Below, one piece after another: positions 60,827 through 64,000 of a stretch of 64,000 nt of DNA. Under the pieces are notes generated by a model, which saw nothing but the letters and a program-made list of their open reading frames with translations, ran no database searches and was not told the origin of the DNA. Made by a program: the position numbers and the translations under genes. This DNA comes from Oscillospiraceae bacterium (GTDB taxonomy: Bacteria; Bacillota; Clostridia; Oscillospirales; JAAYXM01): assembly GCA_017421025.1 (NCBI GenBank), contig JAFQME010000024.1, positions 2,820 through 66,819 of the forward strand, read 5' to 3'. Within the stretch, counting starts at the first letter, position 1. Every line of letters begins with the position of its first letter.

Positions 60827-62346
60827 AACGCAAATTGTTCCTATTGTTGACCGTGGTGCTGTGTTTGTTTGGCACAGCGGTTGCAACGGATGTGGAAACC
60901 GGAATCCTCCCCACCGAGGAGATTTATCTCACGTTGGAGAAGAGTGACTTTGCGGTGTTTGCCCGTGGGGAATTCACGGGTGAGGAGTACCGTGAGCAAC
61001 TCGACGGGGACTATCTTACCATTTATGATGCGATCAATTCCAGCGCTTTGGGAAGCGAACAGGAGACCGATTTGACCGCAGTTGTGCCGTTGGGATTCTC
61101 GCAGAAGTGGGATGCCACCTTTGTGCGTGATTCCGGTGGAAATGTTTCGGTTGATGCCGAAACGATGGCAAAAGTAGACGAATACTGCCAGGAAAAAGTG
61201 GCGCTGATCTTGCCGGCACTTTCCGGGCTTTTGCAGGATGAAGTGTGTCTTTCCTGGCTGACCAACCAAACCTTTTCGGTTGGAACACCGCTTTCTTATT
61301 CGGTGCTTTGGAGTGGCTCGGTCGGGGTGGGGACGTTGCACCTCAACGACATCACCTTCCGTCTCAAAGACGATTCGATTACTGCGGCGGCAGAGACCGG
61401 AACACTCTCGGATTTCCAATCGGGAATCGCAGATGCGGTTGCGGTGTTGGAGGAAGAATACCATATCGATGACGCTGCAAACCGCTATGAAACCGTGAGT
61501 ATTTTACAGGAGTATGTGTGCGATACGGTGGAATACGCCGACGGGGATCTTACCCCACGCAAATATCAGACGGTTTACAGTGCGTTGGTTGACGGGGTCT
61601 CCGTGTGCGCAGGATACTCCAAACTGTATAAGGCGCTGTGCGATGAATATGAAATCCCGTGTATCTTGGTACAGGGCGAGAGTTTCGATGTGGGACATAT
61701 GTGGAACTATGTCCGCATGGAGGATGGGGCTTGGTACGCAGTGGATACCACCTGGGATGACTTGGGACGCAGTGCGGATACCACCTATTTCCTGTGCGGA
61801 GAAGATGTGCTGTTTTCCGAGCATGTGGCACTGACCAACTGGGGGTACGGATACCCGTATGTCTACCCTGCGTTGAGTGAGACCGGGTATCAGCCGAGCA
61901 CAGTGGAGCTTTCAACCGTAAACGGTGCGCAAATCCGTACAAAAGGTGCGATGGGCCTGCGCTTTATTTCGAGTATGAAAAAGAACGAGGCGGTCGTCGA
62001 ATACGGCATGGTGCTTATCCCGACGGCGGACCTCACCGATGTTTCGGAACTCAAAATCGGTGCCGAGTTGTGTGGACACACTGTGGCCAAAGTTGAGGCG
62101 AAATATCTCTATGCCGAGGATGAGGACAGCGTGACGTTTACTGCGGTTATCACCAACATCAAACCGCAGAATTATACAAGAGAATACACCGCACGTGCCT
62201 ATGCGATTTTGGACAGCGGCGATGTGGTGTATGGAGAGAGTTTTACCTCAAGATCCGTGGCTGCTGTGGCTTCCGCTGCTTTGGAGCGGGACCCCAACCT
62301 CTCAGATGCAGATCGGGAATTGTTCGAAAGTATTGTGGGACAGTAA
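60823..62346 (+). CDS. Secreted transglutaminase-like cysteine protease-fold protein carrying the shared C-terminal module
   Basis: 507 aa. Signal peptide MKRKLFLLLTVVLCLFGTAVA. Cys/His/Asp core: VCAGYSKLYKALC...GHMWNYV...AVDTTWDD. The last ~149 aa are homologous to the C-termini of the two giant paralogs. Confidence 0.82.
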   Translation: MKRKLFLLLTVVLCLFGTAVATDVETGILPTEEIYLTLEKSDFAVFARGEFTGEEYREQLDGDYLTIYDAINSSALGSEQETDLTAVVPLGFSQKWDATFVRDSGGNVSVDAETMAKVDEYCQEKVALILPALSGLLQDEVCLSWLTNQTFSVGTPLSYSVLWSGSVGVGTLHLNDITFRLKDDSITAAAETGTLSDFQSGIADAVAVLEEEYHIDDAANRYETVSILQEYVCDTVEYADGDLTPRKYQTVYSALVDGVSVCAGYSKLYKALCDEYEIPCILVQGESFDVGHMWNYVRMEDGAWYAVDTTWDDLGRSADTTYFLCGEDVLFSEHVALTNWGYGYPYVYPALSETGYQPSTVELSTVNGAQIRTKGAMGLRFISSMKKNEAVVEYGMVLIPTADLTDVSELKIGAELCGHTVAKVEAKYLYAEDEDSVTFTAVITNIKPQNYTREYTARAYAILDSGDVVYGESFTSRSVAAVASAALERDPNLSDADRELFESIVGQ

Positions 62347-62351
62347 AATCC

Positions 62352-62380
62352 AGGACGTCGGAAACGACGTCCTTTTTTGT
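62352..62380 (+). terminator. Rho-independent terminator
   Basis: aggacgtcg-gaaa-cgacgtcct followed by tttttgtg. Confidence 0.88.
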
Positions 62381-62399
62381 GTAAAATATATTGTAAATG

Positions 62400-62428
62400 T
62401 TGACTTAATATGAGTTTTATACTATAAT
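62400..62428 (+). promoter_or_regulatory. Consensus promoter for the VWA-domain gene
   Basis: TTGACT, 17-nt spacer, TATAAT. Confidence 0.6.
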
Positions 62429-62497
62429 GTTGAATAATAGTATATAATGGCGAATTGGTATGTTAATTCGCATAAAAACACGAAAGTAGGGGATTGT

Positions 62498-64000
62498 GTG
62501 AAAAGGGCGATTTCGTTTGTGCTGGCACTGTTTTGCGTGTGCTCAATATTTGCAAGTATGCCATATACCGCATCGGCGGAATCTATGTATATACGCAAGA
62601 TTGTTTCTGTGGTTTACGATGATTCGGGAAGTATGAAAGAGGGCAACGGAGAAAAATGGGCGTACGCAAACTATGCGATGCAGGCATTTTGCGGTATGCT
62701 CAACAGTGAAGATCAGTTGTATATTACATATATGAGCGATGTGGAAGATAATCCAAAACTTGTTCCACCTAAGATTGACCTGACTGCAAACGGCATTCAG
62801 AATTCGGTGAATAACATTCGAAGCCGCACAAAAAAAGGCTCGACACCGTGGGCTGCAGTTGAGACTGCCTATAACAAACTCCTTCAGGCGAAGGATAACA
62901 ATCCCAACACCCAATATTGGCTGGTGGTTATCACCGATGGCGATTTCGATGTGTTTGACAAACAGAAGATGAATGATGTGCAAAAACAGCAGTTTTTGGA
63001 TTTGGAATTCTCCAAGTTTGCACAAACCGCTATGCCGAACGGAACACATATGCAGATTACCTATCTTGCAATAGGGAAAAGTATTTTTGCTCCACAGGCG
63101 AATGCAGATCTCGGAATTACTCCGTATAGAGCGCAAACTGCCAGTGAGATCACAGGCAGAATGGCACAAATGGCAGACAAGGTTTCGGGAAGAAACAGAC
63201 TGACAGGAAATGAACTGAAAAAGATTGATGATAAGACTGTGCAGGTTTCTTCTGCTGCTGTGCCGCTGCTGAATATTGCCGTGATTGCAAACTCCAGTGA
63301 TATAAAAGTGCTGGATGCATACAAAATCAATGAAAAAGAGGAGAAGACCGATCCCATTTCAATTGCCAGACAGGCATTGTTAAATTATCCGAACTTTAAT
63401 GATTTAAACGGAAGTGCATTCTTGCTCGGCGATTCGAACAAAGCTATCGGTTCGGGAACATATCGCATCTTATTTGATAAACCTGTGGATTGGAGTAAGG
63501 TGGCAATCCTTTATGAGCCGGCGTTGGAAGTGCGTATGAACGTAAGCCTCAACGGAAACGAGGTCAAAAACTTCAACGATCTTGTAAATGCGAAAAGTCG
63601 TGATAAGGTTAAGATTTCGTGTAAACTGTATGAAATGAATACAGATAAAGAGATTTCGCCTTCACTGCTTCCGTCGGGAACCACGTATCATCTTGCGATT
63701 CTTGAGAATCATCAGCCGGTGAAAGAAAGTACGGGTAGTGAGATGGCATTGGAGGAACATGAACTTCAACACGTGCCGACAACGCTGAAAGGTGAAGTTT
63801 CTATTCCGGGATTTTCGCCCATTACTTATGTTGTGGAATTCACCCCGGTTGAGTACATTGAGTATGGGATTTCTTCGGAATATAAAAACGATGTTCAAAG
63901 TGTGAAGTTCAATGACATTGGTGCAAATACCGATCTTCAACTGCTGTTCCGCTTTACTGCAAATGGGACTCCTGTTACCGATCCGGAAGCAGTAAAAAAA
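62498..64000 (+). CDS. Secreted von Willebrand factor type A (VWA) domain protein, N-terminal 501 aa (continues past the window end)
   Basis: Not in the ORF track because it is open at the window end. GTG 62498 (SD AGGGGA). My read is stop-free to 64000. Signal peptide VKRAISFVLALFCVCSIFASMPYTASA. MIDAS motif VVYDDSGSM, later GSTPW and LVVITDGDF. Confidence 0.7.
   Translation, partial: MKRAISFVLALFCVCSIFASMPYTASAESMYIRKIVSVVYDDSGSMKEGNGEKWAYANYAMQAFCGMLNSEDQLYITYMSDVEDNPKLVPPKIDLTANGIQNSVNNIRSRTKKGSTPWAAVETAYNKLLQAKDNNPNTQYWLVVITDGDFDVFDKQKMNDVQKQQFLDLEFSKFAQTAMPNGTHMQITYLAIGKSIFAPQANADLGITPYRAQTASEITGRMAQMADKVSGRNRLTGNELKKIDDKTVQVSSAAVPLLNIAVIANSSDIKVLDAYKINEKEEKTDPISIARQALLNYPNFNDLNGSAFLLGDSNKAIGSGTYRILFDKPVDWSKVAILYEPALEVRMNVSLNGNEVKNFNDLVNAKSRDKVKISCKLYEMNTDKEISPSLLPSGTTYHLAILENHQPVKESTGSEMALEEHELQHVPTTLKGEVSIPGFSPITYVVEFTPVEYIEYGISSEYKNDVQSVKFNDIGANTDLQLLFRFTANGTPVTDPEAVKK

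Overview
64-kb chromosomal segment, probably from a moderately GC-rich (about 55% by eye) Gram-positive anaerobe of the Clostridia. The taxon is an inference from SLH-anchored surface proteins, a darA-holB-ricT block, a FemAB gene, a SipW-type signal peptide and Firmicute-style SD sites and promoters. I can support about 50 protein-coding genes and saw no rRNA, tRNA, CRISPR array, transposase or integrase. Housekeeping genes (glnA, darA-holB-ricT, alr-like, femAB-like, ahcY, alaX-like, a small alarmone synthetase, uxuA) are mixed with accessory loci. The standout is 13403..18637: three tandem paralogous polytopic membrane proteins, each ending in a tail with Cys at every third residue, (C-G-G)n-C-G-D. 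A radical SAM/SPASM enzyme starts 3 nt after the last of them. I do not recognise this arrangement as any described system. Other notable items: two tandem ~1,470-1,490-aa secreted heparinase II/III-like paralogs; a ~150-aa C-terminal module shared by these two and a transglutaminase-like protein; a strongly AT-rich RCC1-repeat/SLH gene; a nucleotidyltransferase+GHMP-kinase fusion; a TasA-like/beta-helix fusion; and a frameshifted DegV. The ORF track misses two genes that run off the window edges (1..1864 minus, 62498..64000 plus). It also over-extends many N-termini and lists many long antisense ORFs that I treat as artefacts of GC-rich third codon positions. All function calls come from motif recognition by eye, with no database search.
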